From assembly GCF_000582535.1 (NCBI RefSeq), contig NZ_CP006932.1, positions 270,001 to 302,000 on the forward strand: 32,000 nucleotides of DNA, given 5' to 3'. A program made the position numbers and the translations under genes. The notes below the pieces were generated by a model. It did not search any database. It saw only the letters and a program-made list of their open reading frames with translations, and was not told where the DNA came from. Below, piece by piece: positions 21,559 to 32,000 of this stretch (positions are counted from its first letter, which is position 1; each line of letters begins with the position of its first letter). The stretch comes from Candidatus Saccharimonadota bacterium (lineage in GTDB: Bacteria; Bacillota_I; Bacilli_A; Mycoplasmatales; Hepatoplasmataceae).

Positions 21559-22845
21559 ATGAAAAATATAACATTTATTGATGAAGCAAAAATAAAAATA
21601 AAATCAGGAAACGGTGGAGATGGTAAATTATCATTTCATCGTGAAAAATATGTTGAGCGAGGAGGACCTTCTGGTGGAAATGGAGGGAACGGTGGTTCAA
21701 TCTATTTTAAAGCAACAACAAATCTAAATACTTTATTAAATTTTCGTGGTAAATCTATTTATAAAGCAGAAAACGGCGAAAACGGTGATATTAAAAATAT
21801 GACTGGAGCAAATGGAAAAGATTTATTTATTGAAGTTCCTATTGGAACAGAGATTATTATTAATGATAAAAAAATAATAGATCTTAGCTATAATAATCAA
21901 TTATTTATTGCAGCAAAAGGAGGAAAAGGGGGGAGAGGCAATGCTTCTTTTAAATCTTCACAAAATAATGCTCCTACAATTTATGAAAAGGGAGAAAAGA
22001 CAGATTTTATCGAAATTATTTTAAATTTAAAATTACTTGCTGATGTTGGTTTATTAGGATTACCAAATGCTGGAAAATCAACCTTAATTTCTGTGATTTC
22101 AAAAGCAAAACCTAAAATTGCTGATTACCAATTTACTACTTTAAAACCTCAATTAGGTGTCGTAAAATATTATGAAGATAGCTTTGTAATTACAGATCTT
22201 CCTGGTCTTATTTCTGGAGCACATTTAAATAAAGGTATGGGAATATCTTTTTTAAAACATTTAGAAAGAACACAATTATTATTACATCTTATTTCGGGCG
22301 ATCAGATTGATATTTTCAAAAATTACAAATTAATTAGAAAAGAATTAATTTTGTACTCAAAAAAATTAGTAAAGATTCCTGAAATAATTGTAATTACAAA
22401 AAAAGATCTTTTAAATCAAGACCAGATTTTAAAAATAAAAAAATCTTTTAAAAATAAAAAAATCTTTTTTATTAGTGCAATTAAACAAGAAGGATTAGAT
22501 TTATTAATTAAAGAAATTATTATCATTTTAAAAAAAATAAAGGAAAATAATAAATATGATAATAATTTAGATAAAACAGAAGAATTTATTTATCATAAAT
22601 ATCAAGAAGAAGATTTGAGTTTTGATATTGAAAAAAAGGAAAATGTTTGAATAATAAATGGAAAATATCCAAAATATTGAGCAAATAGAATACCACTTAC
22701 AACATTTGAAAATTATTTAAGAATCATTAAAAAATTTTCAAATAAAGGAATAATTGCAAAATTAAAAGAAAAAGGATTAAAACAAGGTGATATTATCACC
22801 GTAAAAGATACATATTTTACAATTGAATATAATGATGAATTTTAA
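21559..22845 (+). CDS. obg: GTPase Obg/CgtA (428 aa)
   Basis: The glycine-rich Obg fold is present (GNGGDGKLSFHREKYVERGGPSGGNGGNGGSIYF). The G domain has GLPNAGKST, DLPGLI and TKKD. The track stop at 22648-22650 is TGA, and the frame continues through the OCT-like C-terminal domain to TAA 22843-22845. Confidence 0.92.
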
Positions 22846-22903
22846 ATTTAAAAAATTTAATTTATAATATTTATTAATATAAAATACGAAAATTTATTAT
22901 ATT

Positions 22904-23506
22904 ATGGTACAACAAAATAAAGTTAAAATAAAACAAGAAGATAGAATTTCAGTAAAAAATATTATTGATGATACTAATCCAATTTTGCGTGAAGTTTCAT
23001 TCGATGTTCCTTATCCACTTACAAAAGAAGACAAGATTATTATGCATCAAATGATTGATTATGTTCGTAGTTCAGTTGATCCTAATCTTGATGAAAAAGA
23101 TAAAAGAGAATTGAGACCAGCATATGGTATGAGTGCGATTCAATTGGGATATCCAAAGAAAATGCTTTTTGTTCATGTTCCAAATGAATTCGGAAAAGAA
23201 ACAGAAGAATTTGCTTTAGTAAATCCTAAAGTAATTCAATATACAGATAAAAAAGCATATCTAGCCGGAGGCGAAGGATGTCTTTCTGTGAATAATTCTC
23301 ATCCTGGATATGTTTTAAGAAGTTACGGAATAAAACTTGTTGCAATTGATTATTTTACAGATCGTGAAGTGGAAATAGATGCAAAAGGATTAACTGCAAT
23401 TGTTTTACAACATGAGATAGATCATCTTTTGGGAATTTTATTCTATGATAGAATAAATAAATTACAACCATTTGTTTTAAGTGATAAAAAGGCAATTAAA
23501 TTGTAA
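22904..23506 (+). CDS. def: Peptide deformylase (200 aa)
   Basis: The motifs are GMSAIQLG, EGCLS and HEIDHL. Confidence 0.92.
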   Translation: MVQQNKVKIKQEDRISVKNIIDDTNPILREVSFDVPYPLTKEDKIIMHQMIDYVRSSVDPNLDEKDKRELRPAYGMSAIQLGYPKKMLFVHVPNEFGKETEEFALVNPKVIQYTDKKAYLAGGEGCLSVNNSHPGYVLRSYGIKLVAIDYFTDREVEIDAKGLTAIVLQHEIDHLLGILFYDRINKLQPFVLSDKKAIKL

Positions 23507-23557
23507 TAATAATGGATTTATAAAATAAAAATATAGAAAACAAAGGAGTTTTACATT

Positions 23558-25276
23558 ATGAATGATGAGGATAAAAACGAATCATTCCAGTTAAATCTTA
23601 AAAAAATTCCACCAATGTATGTTTATGCACTTGGTGGTTTAGGTGAAGTTGGAAAAAATATGTATATTGTAGAGCAAGGAAATGAGCTTTGAATCATTGA
23701 TTCAGGAATTATGTTTGCTGCAGAAATTAGTGTAGAGGGAGTGATTCCATCATTTGAATGATTGGAAAAGAATCAAAAGAGAATTAAAGGGTTAATTATT
23801 ACTCATGGGCATGAAGATCATATTGGATCAATTCCCCATCTTTTAAATTCTGTTGATATTCCAAAAATTTATGCAGGAAGAATCGCTGCCAATTTAATTT
23901 GATCAAAACTTAGTGAGAGACAAGTTCCAAGACAAAAAATTGAAATTATTAATAATAAATCAGTAATTAAAACACTTAATTTTAAAATTGATTTTTTTAA
24001 TGTTAATCATTCAATTCCTGATTGCTTCGGTGCAAGATTTAAATCAAAACATGGAACTGTGGTTACTACTGCCGATTTTAAATTTGATTTTACACCAGTA
24101 GGAGCAAAAGCAGATCTTTATAAAATGGCATCATTTGGAAATGAAGGTGTTACTTTACTTTTATCTGATTCAACAAATGCGCAATCAGAAAAATTTTCAA
24201 TTTCAGAAAAACAAGTAGCGGAAAATATTGATGATATTGCAAGTAAAGCAAAAGGGCGAATTATCGCCGCCACTTTTGCCTCAAATGTTTTTCGTGTGCG
24301 AGAACTTATTAAAATTGCAATTAAATACAAACGTAAAATTGTTGTATTTGGTTATTCAATGGATAAAATTATCAAAATTTCTCGTAAAATTAAATATCTT
24401 AATCTAGGAGAAGAAGTAATAATTGATTTTAAAGATATGGATAAATATAAAGAAAATCAATTATTTATTATTTCAACAGGAACACAAGGCGAACCAACAG
24501 CCGCACTTACAAAAATGTCTGATGGAAGACATAAAGAAATTCATTTAAATGAAAAAGATACTGTTATTTTTGCTTCAAGCGAAATTCCAGGAAATTATGA
24601 AAATATTGAAAAAGTAGTAAATAACTTAATTAAAAAAGGTGTTAAATTGATTAATAATTATAATTATCCTGGTGTTCATGCTTCTGGACACGGAGGAATG
24701 CAAGAACAATTATTAATGATTAATTTATTTAAGCCACTTTATTTTTTTCCAATTCATGGAGAAACTGTAATGCAAGTAAAGCATGCTAAAACTGCAATTG
24801 CTGCTGGTATAAAAAAAGAAAATATTTTTATTATTCCAAATGGAAGAAAATTAAAAATATTTTCTGGAAAAGTAACATTAGATGATTATGTTCCTACAGA
24901 TGATATTTACATTGATGATACAAATTTAAAAGGGCAATCATCAAAAGTAATTACAGATCGTAATTCAATGAGTGAATTTGGTGTTATTACAATTACTATT
25001 GGAATTAATTCAAAAGAAAATAAAATTATTATAAATCCTGAATTTGCAAGTTATGGAACATTTAATCAACAAAAAAACCGTGCATTTATTGCTCAAATTG
25101 AAACAAAAATAAAAAGTAATCTTGAACTTTATTATCGTAGTGAAAAAAGAGTAACATTTAATGGAATTAAAGAAATAATTCGTAATTCTGTACGTAATGA
25201 AATTTATCAAAAAAGAAAAACATCACCAATTGTTATTCCAATTGTCTTAAATTGTAATTTTTTAGAAAATAATTAA
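23558..25276 (+). CDS. rnj: Ribonuclease J (572 aa)
   Basis: An AAAGGAG RBS lies at 23542-23548. The N-terminal metallo-beta-lactamase region, not in the track, contains [10 protein letters not shown]. It joins track ORF 24059..25276 in frame, which covers the beta-CASP and C-terminal domains. Confidence 0.9.
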
Positions 25277-25288
25277 AAAGGAAATTTT

Positions 25289-26299
25289 ATGGAAAAGAAA
25301 CGTTTATTTTCTGGCCTTACTTCTACTGGAAGATTAACACTAGGAAATTATATTGGTTCATTAAATAATTTATTAAAATTACAAGAAAATCAAAATAATG
25401 AAGTAGTAATTTTTATTGCAAATTTACATGCTCTTACAATTCCAATTACAAAAGATCAATTACTTAGAAATGTAAAGGAAAATTTAAAATTATATCTTGC
25501 AATTGGAATTGATCCAAAAAAGAGCAAAATTTATTTACAATCGCAAATAGAAGAAGTAAATGAACTTTTTTATCTTTTATCTACTTTTACAACAATTGGA
25601 CAATTAGAAAGAATGACACAATACAAAGACAAGGCAACAAAACAAACAAATTCAACTTTTAAAATTCCTACAGGAATTTTACTTTATCCAATTTTAATGG
25701 CTGCTGATATCATTCTTTTTGATCCAGATTATGTTGTAGTTGGCGATGATCAAAAACAACATCTTGAATTTACAAGAGATTTAATTTTAAAATTAAATCG
25801 TGATTATCATACTAATATAAAATTAATTAAAAGTAAAATTGCTAAAATTGAAGAAGGATCAAGAGTAATGGCTCTTAAAAATCCTTTACAAAAGATGTCT
25901 AAATCTGATAAAAATCCTGCAAATACTATTTTTCTTCTTGATGATCTAAAAATAGCAAGAAAAAAAATTTTAGAAGCACTTACAGATTCCGAAAATAAAA
26001 TTTATTATAATTTGAAAGAAAAGGCAGGAATATCAAATTTGCTTGTTATTTATAGTGCAATTAAAAATATTTCAATAAAAGAAGCAGAGAATAAATTTAA
26101 AGATTTAAATGATTATCGCAAATTTAAAGAAATTGTTGCTAATGCAGTTTGTGATTTACTTGAAAAAATCCAAAATAAATATTTTGAGTATGATGATAAT
26201 AAATTACAAAATATTTTAAATTATAATTTAAAATATTTAAAAGATGAAGCAAACAAAAATCTATTTAAAATTAAGAATCAACTTGGTCTTATTTTATAA
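25289..26299 (+). CDS. trpS: Tryptophanyl-tRNA synthetase (336 aa)
   Basis: This is a class I synthetase. GLTSTGRLTLGNYIG occupies the HIGH region, followed by GDDQKQHLE and KMSKS. Confidence 0.92.
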   Translation: MEKKRLFSGLTSTGRLTLGNYIGSLNNLLKLQENQNNEVVIFIANLHALTIPITKDQLLRNVKENLKLYLAIGIDPKKSKIYLQSQIEEVNELFYLLSTFTTIGQLERMTQYKDKATKQTNSTFKIPTGILLYPILMAADIILFDPDYVVVGDDQKQHLEFTRDLILKLNRDYHTNIKLIKSKIAKIEEGSRVMALKNPLQKMSKSDKNPANTIFLLDDLKIARKKILEALTDSENKIYYNLKEKAGISNLLVIYSAIKNISIKEAENKFKDLNDYRKFKEIVANAVCDLLEKIQNKYFEYDDNKLQNILNYNLKYLKDEANKNLFKIKNQLGLIL

Positions 26300-26312
26300 T
26301 AAAGGTTAAATT

Positions 26313-27251
26313 ATGCATAATAAAAATATTAATTATAAACAGGAAAAATACTTTATAAATCCAACAATTGTTCATAGTCCATATTGATTAATTACAATTG
26401 ATTTGGACGGAACTTTATTAAAAACACCTTCAAAAGAAGATCTTTTAAAAAATATTCCTAATTATGATATCAATCCTCTTAATATTAAAGTTTTAAAAAA
26501 ATTAATAGATAAAGGTCATAAAGTAGCAATAGTAACCGGAAGACCTTGAAGAGATACAGAAGAAGTTTATAAAAAAATAGGATTAAGAACAGTTGTTGCA
26601 AATTATAATGGAGCTTCCATTCATAATCCAAATGATGAGGGATTTTTACCATATACTTCTGCAATGAATCGAAAATATTTTGATGGATTATTAAATCGTA
26701 CAAGTATTAAAAAATATTTCAAAAATTTTGTTGTAGAGTGTTATGATACAACTTATATTTTAGATGCAACTGATAAGGAATTGTTAAACAAATTTCACAT
26801 TCATTATGGTCCAAAAGTAATTGAAATTAGTAAAGATTTTGCTTTACCAATAAATCCTCAATCTCTTATTTTTAAACTTGAGCCAAAAAAAGATTTTAAT
26901 AAATCTGCTTTACTTATTGAACTTAAAAGAAAATACGGAGAGACATTTTTGTTTAGATATTGAGATGCATTAGATGGAAAGGATTTTGTTTATTTAGAAG
27001 TAAATACAAAATCAATTACAAAAGGGAGTGCTCTTCAATTTATTTCTTCTTATTATAATATTCCAATTTCAAATACAATTGCTTTTGGTGATGGTGAGAA
27101 TGATCTTGAAATGTTGGAAGCAGCTGCTGTTGGTGTTGCAATGAGAAATGCAAGTGAAGTTGTAAAATCTCATGCAAAAGATGTTACTAATTTAACAAAT
27201 GATGAAGGTGGAGTAGGAGATTATTTAGAAAGTTTTTTTAAACTTAAATAA
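26313..27251 (+). CDS. Cof-type HAD-superfamily phosphatase (312 aa)
   Basis: The motifs are ITIDLDGTLL (motif I), VAIVTGRP, TKGSAL and GDGENDLEMLEAAAVGVAMRNA. Track ORF 26664..26963 is an internal fragment of this gene. Confidence 0.85.
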
Positions 27252-27262
27252 AGGAAATTAAA

Positions 27263-28417
27263 ATGATTACAAAAGAAAATAAAGCAAAAAAAGAAGTAAA
27301 AAATTCACAAAATCAAAAACAAACAGAAAAAATAAAAGTAAGCTCAAATCTTTTAAGAAATGCGATTGATTTGTCAAATTTAAATGGTATTTCTTCAAGA
27401 GAAGAAGGTATTGTTGATTATCTTAAAAAAGAATTTAAATCAATGAAAAACATAATTATTGAAAGAGATGGTTTAGGATCAGTTGCTTTTATCAAAAAAG
27501 GTAAAAAAGATCATCCAATTATTTCATTTACAACACATATGGATGAAGTTGGATTTATGATTACAAACATAACAAAAGATGGATTTTTAAATTTTTCACC
27601 AATTGGAGGGTGATGAAGTCATGTTCTTTTAGGTCAATTATTAAGAATAATTACAGAAAAAAATAAAAGTATTATCGGTGTTGTTGGTTCAAAACCACCC
27701 CATTTATTAACAAGAGAAGAAGCACAAAAAGTACTACCAATTAAAAGTTTATTTATAGATATTGGTGCTAAGAGCAAAGAAGATGTTTTATCTTTAGGAA
27801 TTAATATTGGTGACCAAGTTGTTCCTTATCAAACTAATGTTCATAAAATATTAAATGATAGACTTATTGGAAAAGCTTTTGATAATCGTATTTCAATTGC
27901 AACAGGAATTGAAATAATGAATCAAATTGCAAATAAAGAACTTGAAGCAACAGTAATATTTATTTGTTCTACACAAGAAGAAGTTGGACTTCGCGGAGCC
28001 AAAACATCTTCTTACAAATGAACACCAGATATTGCTTTTGCAGTTGATGTAACAATTGCAAATGATACACCTGGATTGATTTTAAATGATACAAAATTAG
28101 GATCAGGACCAGCTCTTTCTTTATTTGATAGTTCAATTCTTGCGAATCCTAATCTTTTTCAAAAAATAAAAGAAATAGCTGAGAAAAATAATATTAATTA
28201 TACAATTGATTCACTTACTGGAGGAGGGACTGATGCAGGAACAATTCACCTTACAAAAAATGGTGTAATTACAATGACAATTTCAATTCCATCTAGATAT
28301 ATGCATTCTCATAATTCAATAATTGATTTAAAAGATGCACAAAAAACAGCCGATTTGATTGTTAAAATTTTAAACGAATTAACATTAAATACAATTAATA
28401 ATATAAAATATAAATAA
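27263..28417 (+). CDS. M42-family glutamyl aminopeptidase (PepA/FrvX/YsdC-like), 384 aa
   Basis: The motifs are THMDEVGFMIT, GKAFDNR, QEEVGLRGA, GGGTDAG and IPSRYMHS. Track ORFs 27263.. and 28076.. are in one frame. Confidence 0.88.
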
Positions 28418-28441
28418 GGAGTTAATTTTACTAAAATCACA

Positions 28442-29116
28442 ATGTTAAAAAATAAATTTCTTTCTTTTGTTTTTGCTTTTACAATTTTATTAGGAATTTT
28501 TGGAATTTCTAATAAAAATGGAGATGATTTTTTATCTATGAGCAAAAATATAGATGTTCAAGCAGTAGATAATCAATTTACAGCATCAATCGATAGTGTT
28601 GGTAGGGATAGTATAAAATTTACAGTTTTTGCTGTTCCTGAAGAATTTGTTCTTAATTCTCAAGATGTTACAGGAGAAACTATTTATGCATTTTCAATGA
28701 ATCAACACGCTGATAATGATGAAAATTTTCCTGATAATGCAAATATAAATCTTTATGATATTTCAGATAATGGTGATCAGACATATGATTTGCTTTTTGA
28801 AGCAACAAATTTAGATTCAAGTACAACATATGAAGTTACAACAATTTATGGGTGATATTCAGATAGCAATAATCCAGATATCTGAATTCCATTTAGTGAT
28901 GGAGATGGAAACAATGAAATTCAATTAATTAATGAAAATGGAAATATTGGAATTTCAGGAACAACAAAAATGTCACAGGGATTTTTCATTGGAATAATAG
29001 TTGTTGCAGCAATAATTCTTATTTTATTAATTGCTATTATTGTAATTTTTATAATAAGATTTAGGGAATATTCTAAAACAAAAGAAAAATATGATCTTTT
29101 AAATAAAGAAATTTAA
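28442..29116 (+). CDS. Small surface-anchored protein (224 aa) with a signal peptide, one Fn3/Ig-like module, a C-terminal TM helix and a short basic tail
   Basis: The N-terminus is MLKNKFLSFVFAFTILLGIFG. The module carries SIKFTVFAV...YDLLFEATNLDSSTTYEVTTIYG. The frame continues through three TGA codons to FFIGIIVVAAIILILLIAIIVIFIIRFREYSKTKEKYDLLNKEI and TAA 29114-29116. Confidence 0.75.
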
Positions 29117-29139
29117 TTTAAATAAGAAATAATAATAAT

Positions 29140-29172
29140 AAAAGCAGGGAATTTTAATCTTTGCTTTTTTAT
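29140..29172 (+). terminator. Weak candidate rho-independent terminator
   Basis: The 7-bp stem is aaaagca (29140-29146) paired with tgctttt (29162-29168). The loop is 15 nt and a T-run follows. There are only two G-C pairs and the loop is large. Confidence 0.3.
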
Positions 29173-29193
29173 TTATTAAGTATAATTAATAAA

Positions 29194-32000
29194 ATGATAA
29201 AATCAGATTTAAATATAAATTTAATTACAAAGTCATCTTTTAATTTTTTTACTTCTCTTCTAAAATTAGAAGATATTATTAATTTTGCATTAGATAATAA
29301 TTATCAAAATGCCTGTCTTGTAGAAAAAGATACAATGTATCTTATTTATCCTTTTATAAAAGCTTGTGCTAAAAATAATTTAAAAGCAATTATTGGTCTT
29401 GAAATTAGTGCATTAAACATTATTTTATTTGCAAAAAATTTAAATGGATATTATAAATTAGTAAAAATTTCTTCAATCATAAATACAGAAGAAAATAATA
29501 AAGAAATTGATATTTATTTAAATGATGATGATTTAATAGTATTAAATAATTATCAAAACTTTCCACAACATCTAGTAGTAAATGAAAAACAATTTGAAGC
29601 ATTAAAAATATTTAATGAAATAGGAAATAAAAAATCACCAATAATTCAAGAAAAGCTACTTAAAAATAGCAAATTTATCGAAAAATATGGAAATGATATT
29701 GCAGAAAAATATCAAAAAATTATTGAGCAAATAAATCTACAATTTGAATTTAATAAAAAATTTAAATTACCTTCTTTTTCAATTGATTCTAAATTTAAAG
29801 ATCAAGATCAATATTTATATTTTTTATTAAATGAAAGCTTAAAAAAATATTTTAAAAAAAGTAAATATGCTTTATTAAATCAAAAAAAATACCAAAAAAG
29901 ACTAGATTATGAATTTTCCGTAATCAAAAAAATGAAATTTACTAATTATTTTTTAATAGTATTTGATTTAATAAGATATGCTAGAAATAAAGAAATATAT
30001 GTTGGACCAGGAAGAGGATCTGCTGCTGGTTCAATTGTTGCTTTTCTTTTAAATATTACATTAGCTGATCCAATTAAATTAAATCTTTATTTTGAAAGAT
30101 TTTTAAATCCTGATCGAATTTCTTTTCCTGATATCGATATCGATATTGAAGATGAAAGAAGAGAAGAATTATTTCTTTATTTAAGAAATAAATATCATAA
30201 AGATCATTTTGCACAAATTATAACTTTTCAATCTTTAAAAGCAAAAATGTCCCTAAAAGATGTTTTTCGTTTTTTAAAAATTTCTCCTTCTGAAGCAAAT
30301 AGAGTAACAAAAATTTTAGATGATCGAATTAGTTTACAAGAATCATATAAAAAAAATAAAAATTTTAAATACTTGATCGAAGAAAATATCAATTTTGCAA
30401 AAGGATATCAAATTGCAAAGGAAATCGAAGGACTTCCTAGACAATTTTCAACACATGCTGCAGGAATTGTAATTTCTTATCAAAAAATTGATAATTTAGT
30501 TCCCATTCAAAAAGGTTATAGTAATCAATATAATCAAACACAATATTCAATGAATTATCTTGAAGAAAATCAATTATTAAAAATTGATCTTTTAGGATTA
30601 AGAAATCTTACCTTTCTTAAAAAAATTATTAATTTAATAAAGAATACAGAAAACAAAGAAATTAATTTACAAAAGATAGATTATAAAGATCAAAAAGTTT
30701 TTAAATTATTAATGCAAGGAAAAACTTTAGGTATTTTTCAACTTGAATCCCCAGGAATGAGTGATGTATTAATGAAAATCAAACCAACAGAATTTGAAGA
30801 CATTGTTGCCACAATTTCTCTTTTTCGTCCTGGTCCGATTAAGCAAATTGATCACTATATAAAAAGAAAAAATCAACAAGAAAAAATTTCTTATCTTATT
30901 CCTCAATTAGAACCTATTCTTAAAAAAACATATGGAATTATTATCTACCAAGAACAAATAATGGAAATAGCACAAAAAATTTCTAAATTTACACTTGCAA
31001 AAGCAGATTTATTAAGAAAAGCAATTTCAAAGAAAAATAGCGAAGAACTTAATTTATTAAAACATGATTTTATTGATGGTGCTATTAATAATAATTATTC
31101 AAAAGAAATTGCAATTAAAATTTACGATTTAATATTTGAGTTTGCTCTTTATGGTTTTAATCGTTCACATGCTGTTTCTTATTCTTTTATTACATATTGA
31201 TTAGCATATCTTAAAACTTACTATCCACAAGAATTTATTGTCTGTTTATTAAATCAATCAATTGGAAATGATAATAAAACAATCCAATACATTGAAGAAG
31301 CTCAATATTTTAAAATTAAAGTAAAATATCCTGATATAAACGCAACAAATTACAATTATTTTTTAAAAGATGATCAAATTTTTCTTGCATTAGAAGTTAT
31401 TAATGGTTTAGGAAAGCAAACAATAAATGAATTAACAAAAGAAAGAAATAATGGAAAATATCTTGATTTTATAGATTTTGTTGTTCGTATGCAAAAAATT
31501 AAATTATCAATTAAGCAACTTGAATTTTTAATTAAAGGAGGAGCATTAGATTCTTTTTTACTTACAAGAAATACAATGCTTAATAATCTAAAGATAATTT
31601 CTGAATATGCAAAACTTGTTTTATTAAAAGATGGTGATAATTATAAAATTGATTATTCAATAGTTGATGAAAAACCAAAATTAAAAGAATACGAAAAAGA
31701 TAATTATCAACAATTTGAAAAGGAAGCATTAGGATTTTTATTGGAAGCTAATGATTTTATTAAATATCAAAATAAATTATCAAAAAAACAAAGTAAAGAT
31801 TTACTTTTGATAAAAGAATTAAATCTAATTCAAGATCAAGATATAAAAGTTTTTGGAATTATAAATTCCATACGTAAAATTAAGACAAAAAATAATCAAG
31901 AAATGGCTTTTTTAGAGATTAAAGATCAATCGGAAAAAATCTCAATTACCATTTGACCAAGAAAATATCAAGAGCTAGAACAAAAATTAAAAATAGGAAT
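29194..32000 (+). CDS. dnaE: DNA polymerase III alpha subunit (DnaE type), 3' end cut by the window
   Basis: The motif GPGRGSAAGSIVAFLLNITLADPIKLNLYFERFLNPDRISFPDIDIDI is present, as are the fingers/thumb regions. An OB-fold-like segment lies near 31850-31960. Track ORFs 29161.. and 31489.. are in one frame, joined by TGA at 31198-31200. I prefer ATG 29194 to the track's TTG at 29161. A TATAAT lies at 29181-29186. Confidence 0.9.

Noticed and set aside
29161-29193. The TTG start used by the track for dnaE (MLFYLLSIINK...)
   Set aside because: It overlaps the candidate hairpin and T-run. ATG 29194 gives an N-terminus that aligns better with the start of DnaE.

Overview
The window is extremely AT-rich and is read with translation table 4 (UGA = Trp), so it is a Mollicutes-type chromosome segment. 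The supplied six-frame track used the standard code. It therefore breaks almost every real gene at in-frame TGA codons, and it misses one gene entirely. The clearest proof is in ileS, where the conserved WCISRQRIWGVPIP motif has both Trp residues encoded by TGA (15204-15206 and 15228-15230). After re-reading by hand I can support 21 CDSs. I see no rRNA or tRNA genes, no CRISPR array, and no transposase or recombinase.

Layout:
- 1-11551 looks accessory. Two colinear paralogous surface proteins sit in inverted orientation (<1..3538 on + and 8663..11551 on -). Each has a seven-blade RCC1-like propeller, Fn3/Ig-like modules and a C-terminal TM anchor.
- Between them lie a Lys/Asn-rich basic protein and a co-directional minus-strand run: gapN, a DUF4065/Panacea-like protein, a 2-TM repeat protein, an SDR oxidoreductase and a cysteine-rich protein.
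- 11594-32000 is mostly housekeeping: Cof-type HAD, PIF1/RecD-like helicase, ileS, APC permease, a third C-terminally anchored surface protein, rsmE, obg, def, RNase J, trpS, a second Cof-type HAD, an M42 aminopeptidase, a small fourth anchored surface protein, and dnaE (3' end cut by the window).

Most interesting items:
- A hidden 129-aa ORF (4504..4893, minus) with 24 Cys in C-x2-C / C-x3-C arrays and no aromatic residue in its core. It resembles a metallothionein or a Csp-type metal-storage protein.
- A possible Panacea antitoxin and membrane-toxin pair (5760..7128).
- The inverted paralogous propeller proteins, whose blades combine RCC1 and DxNxDGxxD calcium-loop signatures.
- An A11 / A_AAA_AAG tract directly abutting the stop codon of the first gene. 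Its -1 frame continues as plausible coding sequence.

All coordinates and translations were done by hand. No database search was possible.
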